Positions 1 through 9,468 of a stretch of DNA of 32,000 nt are shown piece by piece; positions within the stretch are counted from its first letter, which is position 1, and each line of letters opens with the position of its first letter. The stretch is from Desulfobulbus propionicus DSM 2032 (lineage in GTDB: Bacteria > Desulfobacterota > Desulfobulbia > Desulfobulbales > Desulfobulbaceae), in NCBI RefSeq assembly GCF_000186885.1, contig NC_014972.1:390001-422000 (forward strand), in the 5' to 3' direction. The translations under genes were made by a program, and so were the position numbers. Under the pieces are notes generated by a model. That model had not been told where the DNA came from. It did no database searches and saw nothing but the letters and a program-made list of their open reading frames with translations.

Positions 1-195
1 GGCCCCTGCTGGTGTCGTCTTGTTAAAAATATCGATAAAGCAAGTTGATGGGTGGTGCCGACATGAACCCGACATGGCCCGGTATCGGGGAACAGGTCAC
101 CCGATATCCACTGACAGCCACCGGAGGCCAATCTACAGTGCAGGCACAGGATCGGAGATTCGTCGCTGGCCGATCCTTGAGGAGTGTGAACAACG

Positions 196-399
196 ATGAA
201 CCGAAAAGAACGAGGTGGCCTGTTGGTCTGCCTGACCCTGCTGATCACCGCCCCGCCCCTGGACCACGAGCATTTCTGCACGGTGCTCTCCGTCCACCGG
301 GGCAAGGTGGTTCTGCAGTGCGACAAGCCCACCGGGATGCACCCCGATGAGCGGGTCAGACTGGGGCCGATCAGAAAGAAGGGACAGGAAGGTCGCTGA
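196..399 (+). CDS. hypothetical small protein (67 aa) with hydrophobic N-terminal segment
   Basis: ATG at 196 with GAGGAG at 179-184 (a long 11-nt spacer). Third-position G/C bias is like neighbouring genes. Hydrophobic stretch LLVCLTLLITAPP. No family recognised. Confidence 0.25.
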   Translation: MNRKERGGLLVCLTLLITAPPLDHEHFCTVLSVHRGKVVLQCDKPTGMHPDERVRLGPIRKKGQEGR

Positions 400-437
400 C
401 CGAGGCGACCGTGTCAACGAACGCAAAGGAGAAAAAA

Positions 438-770
438 ATGAACGGCAGGAAAATGCTTGTTGGCGGAATGCTGGTCCTGGCGCTGTTGGGACTGGAAGGA
501 CATGTGAATCAGGTCGAGGCCCGAAGTCGTGTCTATGTGGGCGCCGATCTGGGGGGGCTGGTGCTGGGCTTTGGCGGTTATCCCCGCTATGTGCACCACC
601 GGCCTCCTCCGTATGTCTACGGCTATGACCGGTATGTTCCAGTGGGGCCGCCCCCCTATCCGCCGCGCGGCTGGTATCGGTATAACCCGCCTCCGCCGGT
701 GTATTATCATGATCACCGGCGGCCGCATCATCGGCATCACCATGATCGAGGTTACCGTGGACGATGGTGA
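438..770 (+). CDS. small secreted Pro/Tyr/His/Arg-rich protein (110 aa)
   Basis: ORF 411..770 trimmed to ATG 438 (AAGGAG at 426-431, 6-nt spacer). Signal-peptide-like N-terminus MNGRKMLVGGMLVLALLGLEGHVNQVEA. The mature part is dominated by PPPY/YxY repeats and ends in a HDHRRPHHRHHHD run. The antisense 216-aa ORF (133..783) looks like a shadow frame. Confidence 0.5.
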   Translation: MNGRKMLVGGMLVLALLGLEGHVNQVEARSRVYVGADLGGLVLGFGGYPRYVHHRPPPYVYGYDRYVPVGPPPYPPRGWYRYNPPPPVYYHDHRRPHHRHHHDRGYRGRW

Positions 771-772
771 GG

Positions 773-794
773 AGCCGCCTCATGCGAGGCGGCT
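773..794 (+). terminator. stem-loop just after the stop of the 438..770 gene
   Basis: AGCCGCCTC (773-781), loop ATGC, GAGGCGGCT (786-794): a 9-bp perfect stem. No clear U-tract follows. Confidence 0.3.
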
Positions 795-862
795 TCGGGA
801 CAGGTCAGAGAGTTCCGGGGCCGAAAATCCAGGAACGGACGCTGCTGTGGAGAGCGCGTATT

Positions 863-887
863 CCCCCGGCGTCCCGGACGCCGGGGG
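863..887. terminator. GC-rich hairpin between convergent genes (small secreted protein / ackA)
   Basis: CCCCCGGCGTC (863-873), loop CCG, GACGCCGGGGG (877-887): an 11-bp perfect stem. It lies 22 nt downstream of the ackA stop on the minus strand. There is no U-tract on either side. Confidence 0.35.
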
Positions 888-908
888 CCTGACAGCGTCG
901 ATCCGTGC

Positions 909-2117
<1,209 letters not shown>

Positions 2118-2144
2118 AATCTCGTGTCCGTTGGAGGAGTGGGC

Positions 2145-4262
2145 TTAACGGTTCTTGGCCACTTGCGCCTGAATGGCGGTCAGGGCCACGGTATCGACGA
2201 TGTCCTGGACGGTGCAGCCGCGCGACAGGTCGTTGACCGGCTTGTTGAGTCCCTGGAGAACAGGGCCCATGGCCACGGCGTTGGCGGCTCGCTGCACGGC
2301 CTTGTAGGTGTTGTTGCCGGTGTTGAGGTCCGGGAAGATGAACACCGTGGCCTGGCCGGCCACCTGTGAATTGGGCGACTTGAGCCGGCCAACCTCGGGA
2401 TCGAAGGCGGCATCGTACTGCAGGGGGCCTTCCAACGGATAGTCGAGGCCGCGCTCGGCCATCAGCTGCTTGGCGATGGCGGTGGCGTGGACCACCTTGT
2501 CCACATCCTCGCCGGAACCGGACGAACCGGTGGAGTAGCTCAGCAGGGCTACCCGCGGTTCGATGCCGTAGATTCGCGCGGTCTCCGCCGAGCTGATGGC
2601 TATTTCCGCCAATTGGCGGGCATCGGGGTTGGGGACCACGGCACAGTCGCCGAACGCCAGGATCTTGGATTGCAGACACATGATGAAGATCGAGGAGACC
2701 ACCGACACGCCGGGCTTGGTCTTGATGAACTCAAAGGCCGGGCGGATGGTCTGGGCGGTGGTGGTCACCGAGCCGGAGACCATGCCGTCGGCCAGGCCCT
2801 TGTGCACCATCATGGTGCCGAAGTAGGTGGGGTCGGACATCCGGTCCCGGGCCACGTCCATGACGATCCCGCGATGCTTGCGGATATCGAAATAGGTCTG
2901 GACGAACTCCTCGTAACAGCTTGAGCTGGTCGGGTCGAGGATTTGGGCGCCCTCGATGTTGAGATTGAGCTTGTTGGCCTTGGCCCGGATCTCGTCCTCC
3001 TTGCCGAGCAGGGTGATGTCGGCGATGCCGCGGCGGAGGATGATGTCGGTGGCGTTGAGGATCCGCTCGCCCGTGCCTTCGGGGAGGACGATGTGCTGCC
3101 GGTTGCTGGCCGCCTTTTCCACCAGGGAGTACTCGAACATGCGCGGGGTAATCTTGACCGAGCGCTGGGAGACCACTCGTTTGGTCAGTTCGGGTACGTT
3201 GACATACTTGCCGAACCAGCCGAGCGCGGTGGCGATACGCTTGTCGTCGGTGGGTTCGATGCGGCCGTAGAGTTCGTTGACGCTCTGCACCGTGTCGTAG
3301 GTGTGCGATTCGACGAACAGCACCGGCACCGGGATGCCGGTCCAACCCTGGATCAGGCGCTGGACGCTGGGGCTGACCTCGATGCCGCCGGTGATGAGGA
3401 TGCCGGAGATGTTGGGGTAGGCCGAGGAGATCCGGCTGGCGAGGCTTGCGATGATGATGTCCGAACGGTCGCCGGGAGTGATGATCAAGCTGCCTTCCTT
3501 GATGTACTCGAGGAAGTTGCTGATCTGCATGGCCGCGACCAGATAGTTGTTCACCAGATTGAGCATGCTCGGCTTGCCGTACAAAACCTCGGCCCCCAGC
3601 CAGCGCTTGACGTCGTCGATGGTCGGATTGCCCAGGGCCTTGTTTTCCGGGATCACGTAGAGGGGGTGGGGGCGGCCGAACTGCTCGCGGCACTTGGCGT
3701 TGCTGGCGGTATCACGGAGAAAGGTTTCCGGGGCGCGGTTGATGATGCAGGCGGCGATGTCGACTCCCATTTCTTCCAAGGTATCGATGGTGATCGCGGT
3801 ATGGGTGCAGATCTCCTCGGTGGACTTTTCGCGTCCCGAGGCGATGAGCAGCACCGGCGCGCCCAGGTTGGCGGCGATGTTGGCGTTAAGGTCGAGTTCA
3901 AAGCCCGGATCCTTGCCCTGGAAATCGGTGCCCTCGCAGAGCACGAAATCGTACCGGGCTTCGAGCTGTTTGTATTTCTTGAGGATGTTTTCGTAGAGAA
4001 TGCCCTCCTGGCCGGAGGAGATCAGCTGGCGCGCCTGGCTGAGCGTGTAGGCGTGGGTGTCGTTGTACTCGATGTCGAGCTTGAAGTATTTGAGGATCAG
4101 GTTGAGATCGTGGTCAACCCGGCCAAAGACGTGATCGTTGATGATCGGGCGAAAAAAGGCGATCCGGCTGATCTCCTTGAGGATCACCTGCATGACCCCG
4201 AGAATGATCGCCGATTTGCCGCTTCGTTCCTCTGCTGCCGTGACGTAAAGATTGTTTGCCAT
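2145..4262 (-). CDS. pta: phosphate acetyltransferase, long form (N-terminal P-loop-like/DRTGG region plus C-terminal PTA_PTB domain)
   Basis: ORF 2145..4346 trimmed to ATG 4262 (MANNLYVTAAEERSGKSAI...), which has GAGG 9 nt upstream. About 705 aa, typical of long Pta. The C-terminal catalytic region (…VFIFPDLNTGNNTYKAVQR…GLNKPVNDLSRGC) is characteristic. Confidence 0.93.
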   Translation of the reverse strand: MANNLYVTAAEERSGKSAIILGVMQVILKEISRIAFFRPIINDHVFGRVDHDLNLILKYFKLDIEYNDTHAYTLSQARQLISSGQEGILYENILKKYKQLEARYDFVLCEGTDFQGKDPGFELDLNANIAANLGAPVLLIASGREKSTEEICTHTAITIDTLEEMGVDIAACIINRAPETFLRDTASNAKCREQFGRPHPLYVIPENKALGNPTIDDVKRWLGAEVLYGKPSMLNLVNNYLVAAMQISNFLEYIKEGSLIITPGDRSDIIIASLASRISSAYPNISGILITGGIEVSPSVQRLIQGWTGIPVPVLFVESHTYDTVQSVNELYGRIEPTDDKRIATALGWFGKYVNVPELTKRVVSQRSVKITPRMFEYSLVEKAASNRQHIVLPEGTGERILNATDIILRRGIADITLLGKEDEIRAKANKLNLNIEGAQILDPTSSSCYEEFVQTYFDIRKHRGIVMDVARDRMSDPTYFGTMMVHKGLADGMVSGSVTTTAQTIRPAFEFIKTKPGVSVVSSIFIMCLQSKILAFGDCAVVPNPDARQLAEIAISSAETARIYGIEPRVALLSYSTGSSGSGEDVDKVVHATAIAKQLMAERGLDYPLEGPLQYDAAFDPEVGRLKSPNSQVAGQATVFIFPDLNTGNNTYKAVQRAANAVAMGPVLQGLNKPVNDLSRGCTVQDIVDTVALTAIQAQVAKNR

Positions 4263-4428
4263 GGAATGAAACCTCATATTCCCGCAGGACGCGGGAGGAG
4301 AGACGGAAAACGGACCGGCCCCGGCCGGAACAGGGAGCAGTTCCAACCGGGGGCCGGGGGATTGTGTCGTTGCTGTAAGTGTATAACTCTATCGGATTGT
4401 GAGCAAATCAAATCATGCGGATCGAACC

Positions 4429-4468
4429 GCCGATCCCGGCCGCCGCAGATCGCGGAGCCGGGATCGGC
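4429..4468 (-). other. large GC-rich intercistronic stem-loop between the lutB-like gene and pta
   Basis: GCCGATCCCGGC (4429-4440) pairs with GCCGGGATCGGC (4457-4468): 12 bp perfect, with a further CCGC/GCGG pairing inside the loop. It starts 9 nt after the lutB-like stop on the minus strand. No U-tract. Confidence 0.35.
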
Positions 4469-4476
4469 GCTCACCG

Positions 4477-6618
4477 TCATCCCTCCAGTTGGTCGGCGAT
4501 CAGCTCAACGGTGTGGCGCACCTGGACCGGGGCGCCATCCTGGTCCATGCCGCCGCGGATCTGCATGACGCAGCCGGGGCAGTCCATGGCCACCACCGGG
4601 GCGCCGGTATCCTTGATGTTTTTCAGTTTACGCTGCAGGATCGGCGCCGAGATCTCCGGCAGTTTGAGCGAGTAGGAGCCGCCCATGCCGCAGCAGATAT
4701 CGCACTCGAACATCTCGGCCAGCTCGTACCCGGCCTTCTGCAGCAGTTCGCGCGGCGGCTGGTCGGCGTGCAGGGTCCGCTTGAGGTGACAGGAGTCGTG
4801 ATAGGTGATCTTGCCCAGTTGCCTGCCTTCCTTGAGGGTCAAGCGCCCCTCGTCGACCAGTTTTTTCACCAGGGTCGAGAAGTCGATGGTCTTGGCGGCC
4901 AGTTCGCGCGCCTGGGGCAGCCATTTGCGCTGACCGAGGCTCTCGAAGGTGGCGATGAACTCATGATCCAGGGCCACGGTGCAGGTGGGGCAGGCGGAGA
5001 TCACATAATTCGCTTGCTCCGCCAGCAGGGCCTGGATGTTGTCGACCGCGTTGTTGGCCGCCACCTCGTAGGCGCCGTTGTACCGAGCCGGCGCGCCGCA
5101 ACAGGTCTGGCCGTCGGGGAACAGCACCTCGATGCCCGCCTTGTTGAGGATCTTCACCAAGGCCACGCCCATCTCCGGGTAGGCGAAATCGATCAGGCAG
5201 CCGGCGTAGAAGACCGCCTTCTCCTGCAAGCCTTTCGGTTGCTGGATGGTTTTGAAGACATCGCGGAAGGGCTTGGCGGCAATGGCCGGCAGGCTGCGGC
5301 CGTCGGTGAGATCGGCGAGAAACATCGGCAGGTGGCGGATGAACTTGGTGCCCTTGGCAAACGGCTTGGCGGCGACGGAGGCGGCGCGGAGCATCCCGTG
5401 GAACACTCTCCGGTTGTTGACCACCGCGTAGATCGACTTGTGCACCAGCGGCAGGCCCTGTTCCTTGACCAATCGCCGCCGGATCTCCATGATCAGGCCG
5501 GGGATGTCGATCTTGCCGGGGCAGACGTCCTTGCAGGCCCCGCACTGGATGCACAACCCCTGGATGTCTTCGGAGCTCTTCAGCTCATCGTGCCAGGCGG
5601 TGAGGATGGTGCCGATGCCGCCGGTGTAGACCTTGCCGAACACATGGCCGCCGACCAGGCGGAAGATCGGGCAGACGTTGAGGCAGGAGGCGCAGCGGAT
5701 GCACTGCATCGCCTCCTTGAACAGCGGATCGGCGGCCATCTCGGAGCGGTGGTTGTCCATGAGGATGATGTGCAGCTCTTTCATCGAGCCGTCGCTGTTG
5801 GGAGTCGGGCCGGAGATGATCGAGACGTAGCTGGTCAGCAGCTGGGCGGTGGCGCTGCGCGGCAGGGCCTTGAGGATCGGGCCGATGTCGCTGAACTTGG
5901 CCACCAGTTTCTCGATGCCGACCACGGCGATGTGGATCTTGGGCAGCGAGGTCACCATGCGGGCGTTGCCCTCGTTGGTCACTAGGGTGATGGAGCCGGT
6001 TTCGGCGACGGCGATGTTGCCGCCGGAGATGCCCATGTCGGCGCGGAGGAATTTGGGCCGCATTTCATTGCGCGCCACCTTGACCAGGCGGGGAATGTCG
6101 GAGCTGAGGCGCTCGTCGACCTCCTTGGAGAAAATGTCGGCCACCTCCTCCTTGGTCATGTGGATGGCGGGCATGACCATGTGCGAGGGGGTCTGGCCGG
6201 CCAGCTGGATGATCCACTCGCCGAGATCGGTTTCGTTGACCTCGATGCCCGCCTTCTCCAGGAAGGGGTTGAGGTGGATCTCCTCGGTGGCCATGGATTT
6301 GGATTTGACCACCGACTTGACGTTGTTGGCCTGGGCGACCTTGAGGATGTATTCACGGACCTTGGCCGGGTCGTTGGTGCGGAAGACCTTGGCGCCCTTG
6401 GCCTCGGCGTTTTTCTGGAACAGGTCGGAGAGTTCGTCGAGGTGCGAGGCGGCGTAAGACTTCAGGCCGGCGATGGTGGTGCGCAGGGCCTCGAAATCGA
6501 TGCCCTCATAGGCCTTGGCCCGGTTGACCTTGTAGGCCTCGGAAAACTTGCCGAGCGCGCCGGTGAGGTTGGCGTTGTGCAGGGCACGGTCGATGGATTG
6601 TTTGAATTCCTGCTGCAT
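4477..6618 (-). CDS. lutB: L-lactate utilization Fe-S oxidoreductase, LutB-LutA-type fusion (LUD domain + 2x[4Fe-4S] + two CCG cysteine-rich domains)
   Basis: 713 aa. The N-terminal half is a LUD/DUF162-type domain. Ferredoxin motifs CIRCASCLNVCP and CIQCGACKDVCP. The C-terminal half has CCG-type modules (…QTCCGAP… and …CDICCGMGGSY…). The start ATG 6618 overlaps the lutC stop (TGATG). Confidence 0.85.
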   Translation of the reverse strand: MQQEFKQSIDRALHNANLTGALGKFSEAYKVNRAKAYEGIDFEALRTTIAGLKSYAASHLDELSDLFQKNAEAKGAKVFRTNDPAKVREYILKVAQANNVKSVVKSKSMATEEIHLNPFLEKAGIEVNETDLGEWIIQLAGQTPSHMVMPAIHMTKEEVADIFSKEVDERLSSDIPRLVKVARNEMRPKFLRADMGISGGNIAVAETGSITLVTNEGNARMVTSLPKIHIAVVGIEKLVAKFSDIGPILKALPRSATAQLLTSYVSIISGPTPNSDGSMKELHIILMDNHRSEMAADPLFKEAMQCIRCASCLNVCPIFRLVGGHVFGKVYTGGIGTILTAWHDELKSSEDIQGLCIQCGACKDVCPGKIDIPGLIMEIRRRLVKEQGLPLVHKSIYAVVNNRRVFHGMLRAASVAAKPFAKGTKFIRHLPMFLADLTDGRSLPAIAAKPFRDVFKTIQQPKGLQEKAVFYAGCLIDFAYPEMGVALVKILNKAGIEVLFPDGQTCCGAPARYNGAYEVAANNAVDNIQALLAEQANYVISACPTCTVALDHEFIATFESLGQRKWLPQARELAAKTIDFSTLVKKLVDEGRLTLKEGRQLGKITYHDSCHLKRTLHADQPPRELLQKAGYELAEMFECDICCGMGGSYSLKLPEISAPILQRKLKNIKDTGAPVVAMDCPGCVMQIRGGMDQDGAPVQVRHTVELIADQLEG

Positions 6619-7166
6619 CAGTTGGTCCCTCCCAGCTGGTCGATGAAAACGATGACGAGCCGCTCCGGCCCGTGAACGCCAATGGTCAGCACCCGCTCGA
6701 TGTCGGCGGTTCGGCTCGGGCCGGTGATCATGGCGATGTAGCCGGTGTTTTGCGGCTGCACCTCGGCCAGCCAGGCCGGCATGTCCGGGAGCAGGCCGGA
6801 AGTGGCGATCACGGCCACGTGGATGGTCGGCAGGGTCGATACCAGCCGTTTATCGATGGCGGTGGCATCCTGCACCAGGGTGCCGGTATCGGCGAGCGCC
6901 CAGTCGACTTGGCTGATGCCGACCTTGGCGTCGGCCGCCCGCTGGCGGGTGACCTCGAAATGCAACCCCGCGATCGCGTCCAGCTGTTGACGGTCGATGG
7001 CGTTCAAAAAGGGGCTGTCGGCCACCACTGCCCCCTGGCCGGGCTGGTCGGCCACGCCCTCGGCGCGGAGGAGGGTGACGAGAAAATCAAGCGCCTCCGC
7101 TGGGGTTGAAAAACGGTGCACCTCGGCACTGACGCCCTCGGCCCTGGTTCTGAATTGATCAAACAT
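6618..7166 (-). CDS. lutC: lactate utilization protein C-like (LUD domain)
   Basis: ORF 6618..7295 trimmed to ATG 7166 (MFDQFRTRAEGVSAEVHRF…), preceded by GGGAGGAG. 182 aa, the typical LutC/LldG size. Translationally coupled to the lutB-like gene. Confidence 0.8.
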   Translation of the reverse strand: MFDQFRTRAEGVSAEVHRFSTPAEALDFLVTLLRAEGVADQPGQGAVVADSPFLNAIDRQQLDAIAGLHFEVTRQRAADAKVGISQVDWALADTGTLVQDATAIDKRLVSTLPTIHVAVIATSGLLPDMPAWLAEVQPQNTGYIAMITGPSRTADIERVLTIGVHGPERLVIVFIDQLGGTN

Positions 7167-7268
7167 CTGCTCCTCCCTCTTTCCCGGTCGTGGAACCGGT
7201 CCAGTCGTGACCGGCCATTCCGTCGGCCTTTCCGGAGCCGCACCAACAGCGCTGGTCATTTTTTCAAG

Positions 7269-7320
7269 TTGTAAAACCAAATTATGCCTAACCATATTGC
7301 ATACTATCGCCCTTTGTCAA
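7269..7320 (-). promoter_or_regulatory. candidate promoter (-35 TTGACA) plus GntR/FadR-type operator-like element for lutC-lutB-pta-ackA
   Basis: The minus strand reads TTGACA at 7320-7315, followed by A/T-rich -10 candidates (CAATAT/ATATGG, CATAAT). It then reads ATTTGGTTTTACAAC (7283-7269), which resembles AATTGGT-N3-ACCAATT. No transcription start data. Confidence 0.4.
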
Positions 7321-7351
7321 CATTGTTTTTCCGGAGGCGCTAAAAAATGTC

Positions 7352-7392
7352 TTGACAACTTTTTCAAAGTGGAATAACTGGTATTACCAATT
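7352..7392 (+). promoter_or_regulatory. candidate lctP promoter with a near-perfect PdhR/LldR-type operator overlapping the -10/+1 region
   Basis: TTGACA at 7352-7357 and ATAACT at 7374-7379 (16-nt spacer). AACTGGTATTACCAATT at 7376-7392 is a 17-bp palindrome (TGGTA-T-TACCA core). It matches the E. coli PdhR/LldR box AATTGGTnnnACCAATT at all but one specified position. Confidence 0.65.
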
Positions 7393-7491
7393 AACAAAGC
7401 CAAAAGATGACGCGCGCTCTTCCTGGACATCCGTAACCCGCCCCGGCCCTGGGGTTGTATGTTAATCCTCCACCACTTAGGAGAACCCGTT

Positions 7492-9441
7492 ATGCCCTGG
7501 ATACAAAACTACACCCCCATAGGGGAGAGTCTGGGAATGTCGGCCCTTGTCGCCAGCATTCCCCTGGTCGTCATCTTTGTGTGCCTCGCGGTACTGAAGA
7601 TGAAAGCGCACAAGGCTGCCTTGCTGGCGGTGGCTTCAGCCTTCGCCATCGCCGTCACCGTCTGGGGGATGCCGGCCAAGCTCGCTGGCCTGGCCTTTGG
7701 CCAAGGCGCCGCCTTTGGTCTGTTCCCCGTGTTCTACATCGTGCTCACCACCCTGTTTCTCTACAATATTACCGTTAAAGGCGGACAGTTCGAGATCATC
7801 CGCGCCTCGCTGGCCGGCTTGACTGCGGACCGCCGCATTCAGGCCCTGCTGATCGCCTTCTGCTTCGGTGCCTTTATCGAAGGCGCGGCCGGGTTCGGCA
7901 CGCCGGTGGCCATTGCCGGCGCCACCCTGGTGGGACTCGGTTTCCGTCCCCTCTACGCCGCCGGTGTCTGTCTGGTGGCCAACACCGCGCCGGTGGCCTT
8001 CGGTGCCATCGGTATTCCAGTGGTCGCCCTGTCCGCGGTCATGGGCTATGGCGACGACGGCATGATGAAGCTTTCCAAGATGGTTGGTCATCAGCTGCCG
8101 TTTATCTCGGTTTTTATCCCCTTCTATGTCATCGTCATGATGGCTGGGCTGAAGAAGGCGATGGAGGTCCTGCCGGCCATTCTGACCTGCGGCGTGACCT
8201 TTGCCATTGCGCAATGGCTGACCGCGAGCTATGTCGGTCCGTACCTGCCGGACATCACCGCCTCGCTGGCTGCCATGGCAGCGCTGGTTATCCTGCTCCG
8301 CGTCTGGCAGCCCAAGGAAAACTTCGTTTTCGCCCATGAGAAGGCCGCAACCAGGGAAGAGCACAACTATACCGGCGGGCAGATTCTGCGCGCGTGGACG
8401 CCTTACCTGTTTCTCACCCTGATGGTTCTCCTCTGGGGGCTGCCCTCGGTCAAGGCCGGCCTCGACAATATCGGCAAGGTGGTCATCACCGTGACCGGTC
8501 TGGACAACATGATCGTCAAGAAGGTCAACACCCCTGATGTGGGCCTGCAGAAGATCGCCGTGGTCAACGGTGAAATCGACAAGCTGACCGCCGCGCTGCC
8601 CGCCGGTGAGGCCAAGCTGGCACCGGTCGTGACCCTGCTTGGCGAGTTGAAAGCCCTGCAAGGCCCCTTGGCCGAAGTGGAGCAGCGGCTTGTCGGCAAA
8701 GGTGCGGTTCTGCCGGAAGAGCGTTTCAAGGCCTTTGAGCCGGTTTTCAAGAAATCGGAAGAGCTGAAGAAGTTGAGCGAGGGCTTGGTCAAGGACAAGG
8801 TGGTGGAAAAGGATCAGTTCAAGTCGCTGACCAAGGCGCTTGCCGACCAACTGCCCACCAAGATCGCCGCCAAGTATAACTTTAACTATCTGTCCGCGGC
8901 CGGTACCGCCATCCTGATCGCGGCCCTGCTGTCCGCCCTGATTTGCGGCGTCGGCTTTGGCGATGTGGCAAAAATCGCCGGCAAGACCATCGTCGACATG
9001 CGCTTCCCGGCGTTGACCGTGGCCTCGGTGCTTGGTCTGGCCTATGTGATGAATGCCTCGGGCATGACCAACTGCCTCGGTCTGGTCTTCACCAAGACCG
9101 GTCATTGGTTCCCGTTCATCGCCCCGATTCTCGGCTGGCTGGGCGTGTTCCTCACCGGTTCCGACACCTCGAGCAACGTGCTCTTCGGTGGTCTGCAGAA
9201 GGCCACGGCTGAACAGTTGGGGATCAGCCCGATTCTCACCGGTGCCGCCAATACCTCGGGTGGTGTCATGGGCAAGATGATTTCTCCCCAGTCCCTGGCC
9301 GTTGCCACCGCCGCGTGCGGCATGGTCGGCGAGGAAGGCAACCTGTTCCGTTTTACCCTGAAGCATTCGTTGTTCTTGACATTCATCGTCTGCGTCATGG
9401 TCTATCTCCAGGCCTACTACCTGCAATGGATGATTCCGTAA
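7492..9441 (+). CDS. lctP: L-lactate permease (LctP family) with an unusually long hydrophilic central insertion
   Basis: ORF 7459..9441 trimmed to ATG 7492 (AGGAGA at 7477-7482, 9-nt spacer). MPWIQNYTPIGESLGMSALVASIPLVV… and …LTGSDTSSNVLFGGLQ… are typical LctP/LldP family sequences. 649 aa, against roughly 550 aa for E. coli LldP/GlcA. Confidence 0.9.
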   Translation: MPWIQNYTPIGESLGMSALVASIPLVVIFVCLAVLKMKAHKAALLAVASAFAIAVTVWGMPAKLAGLAFGQGAAFGLFPVFYIVLTTLFLYNITVKGGQFEIIRASLAGLTADRRIQALLIAFCFGAFIEGAAGFGTPVAIAGATLVGLGFRPLYAAGVCLVANTAPVAFGAIGIPVVALSAVMGYGDDGMMKLSKMVGHQLPFISVFIPFYVIVMMAGLKKAMEVLPAILTCGVTFAIAQWLTASYVGPYLPDITASLAAMAALVILLRVWQPKENFVFAHEKAATREEHNYTGGQILRAWTPYLFLTLMVLLWGLPSVKAGLDNIGKVVITVTGLDNMIVKKVNTPDVGLQKIAVVNGEIDKLTAALPAGEAKLAPVVTLLGELKALQGPLAEVEQRLVGKGAVLPEERFKAFEPVFKKSEELKKLSEGLVKDKVVEKDQFKSLTKALADQLPTKIAAKYNFNYLSAAGTAILIAALLSALICGVGFGDVAKIAGKTIVDMRFPALTVASVLGLAYVMNASGMTNCLGLVFTKTGHWFPFIAPILGWLGVFLTGSDTSSNVLFGGLQKATAEQLGISPILTGAANTSGGVMGKMISPQSLAVATAACGMVGEEGNLFRFTLKHSLFLTFIVCVMVYLQAYYLQWMIP

Positions 9442-9468
9442 CCTGATCTCCTTGTCTCTCTTCCTCAG

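Noticed and set aside
133-783. A 216-aa minus-strand ORF covering the first 800 nt.
   Set aside because: It has no RBS, signal peptide or recognisable family. It is antisense to the 438..770 frame, which has a strong RBS and a signal peptide. The evidence for either frame is limited.
4263-4346. N-terminal extensions of several ORFs as listed in the track: pta to 4346, lutC to 7295, lctP from 7459, glcD-like from 10756, nitroreductase to 16153, fumarase to 18474, gatB to 22140, lectin-like to 15464 and the HTH gene to 29135.
   Set aside because: Internal ATGs with good Shine-Dalgarno sequences coincide with the conserved N-termini of the respective families. The extensions have junk-like composition and would overlap upstream genes or promoters.
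2943-4568. A long plus-strand ORF (541 aa) antisense to pta. Similar long antisense ORFs lie at 4399..5985, 7636..9426, 10762..12237, 12529..13482, 15435..16751, 16924..18408, 18797..19936, 20353..22074 and 22830..24659.
   Set aside because: Their translations are low-complexity and rich in Arg, Gly, Ala, Asp and His. They lack family motifs and exactly shadow genes with clear homology on the other strand. This is the usual stop-codon-poor antisense frame of G+C-rich DNA.
7407-7436. A 9-codon upstream ORF (MTRALPGHP) in the lctP leader.
   Set aside because: It has no RBS and no feature suggesting a regulatory leader peptide. It is probably a chance ATG.
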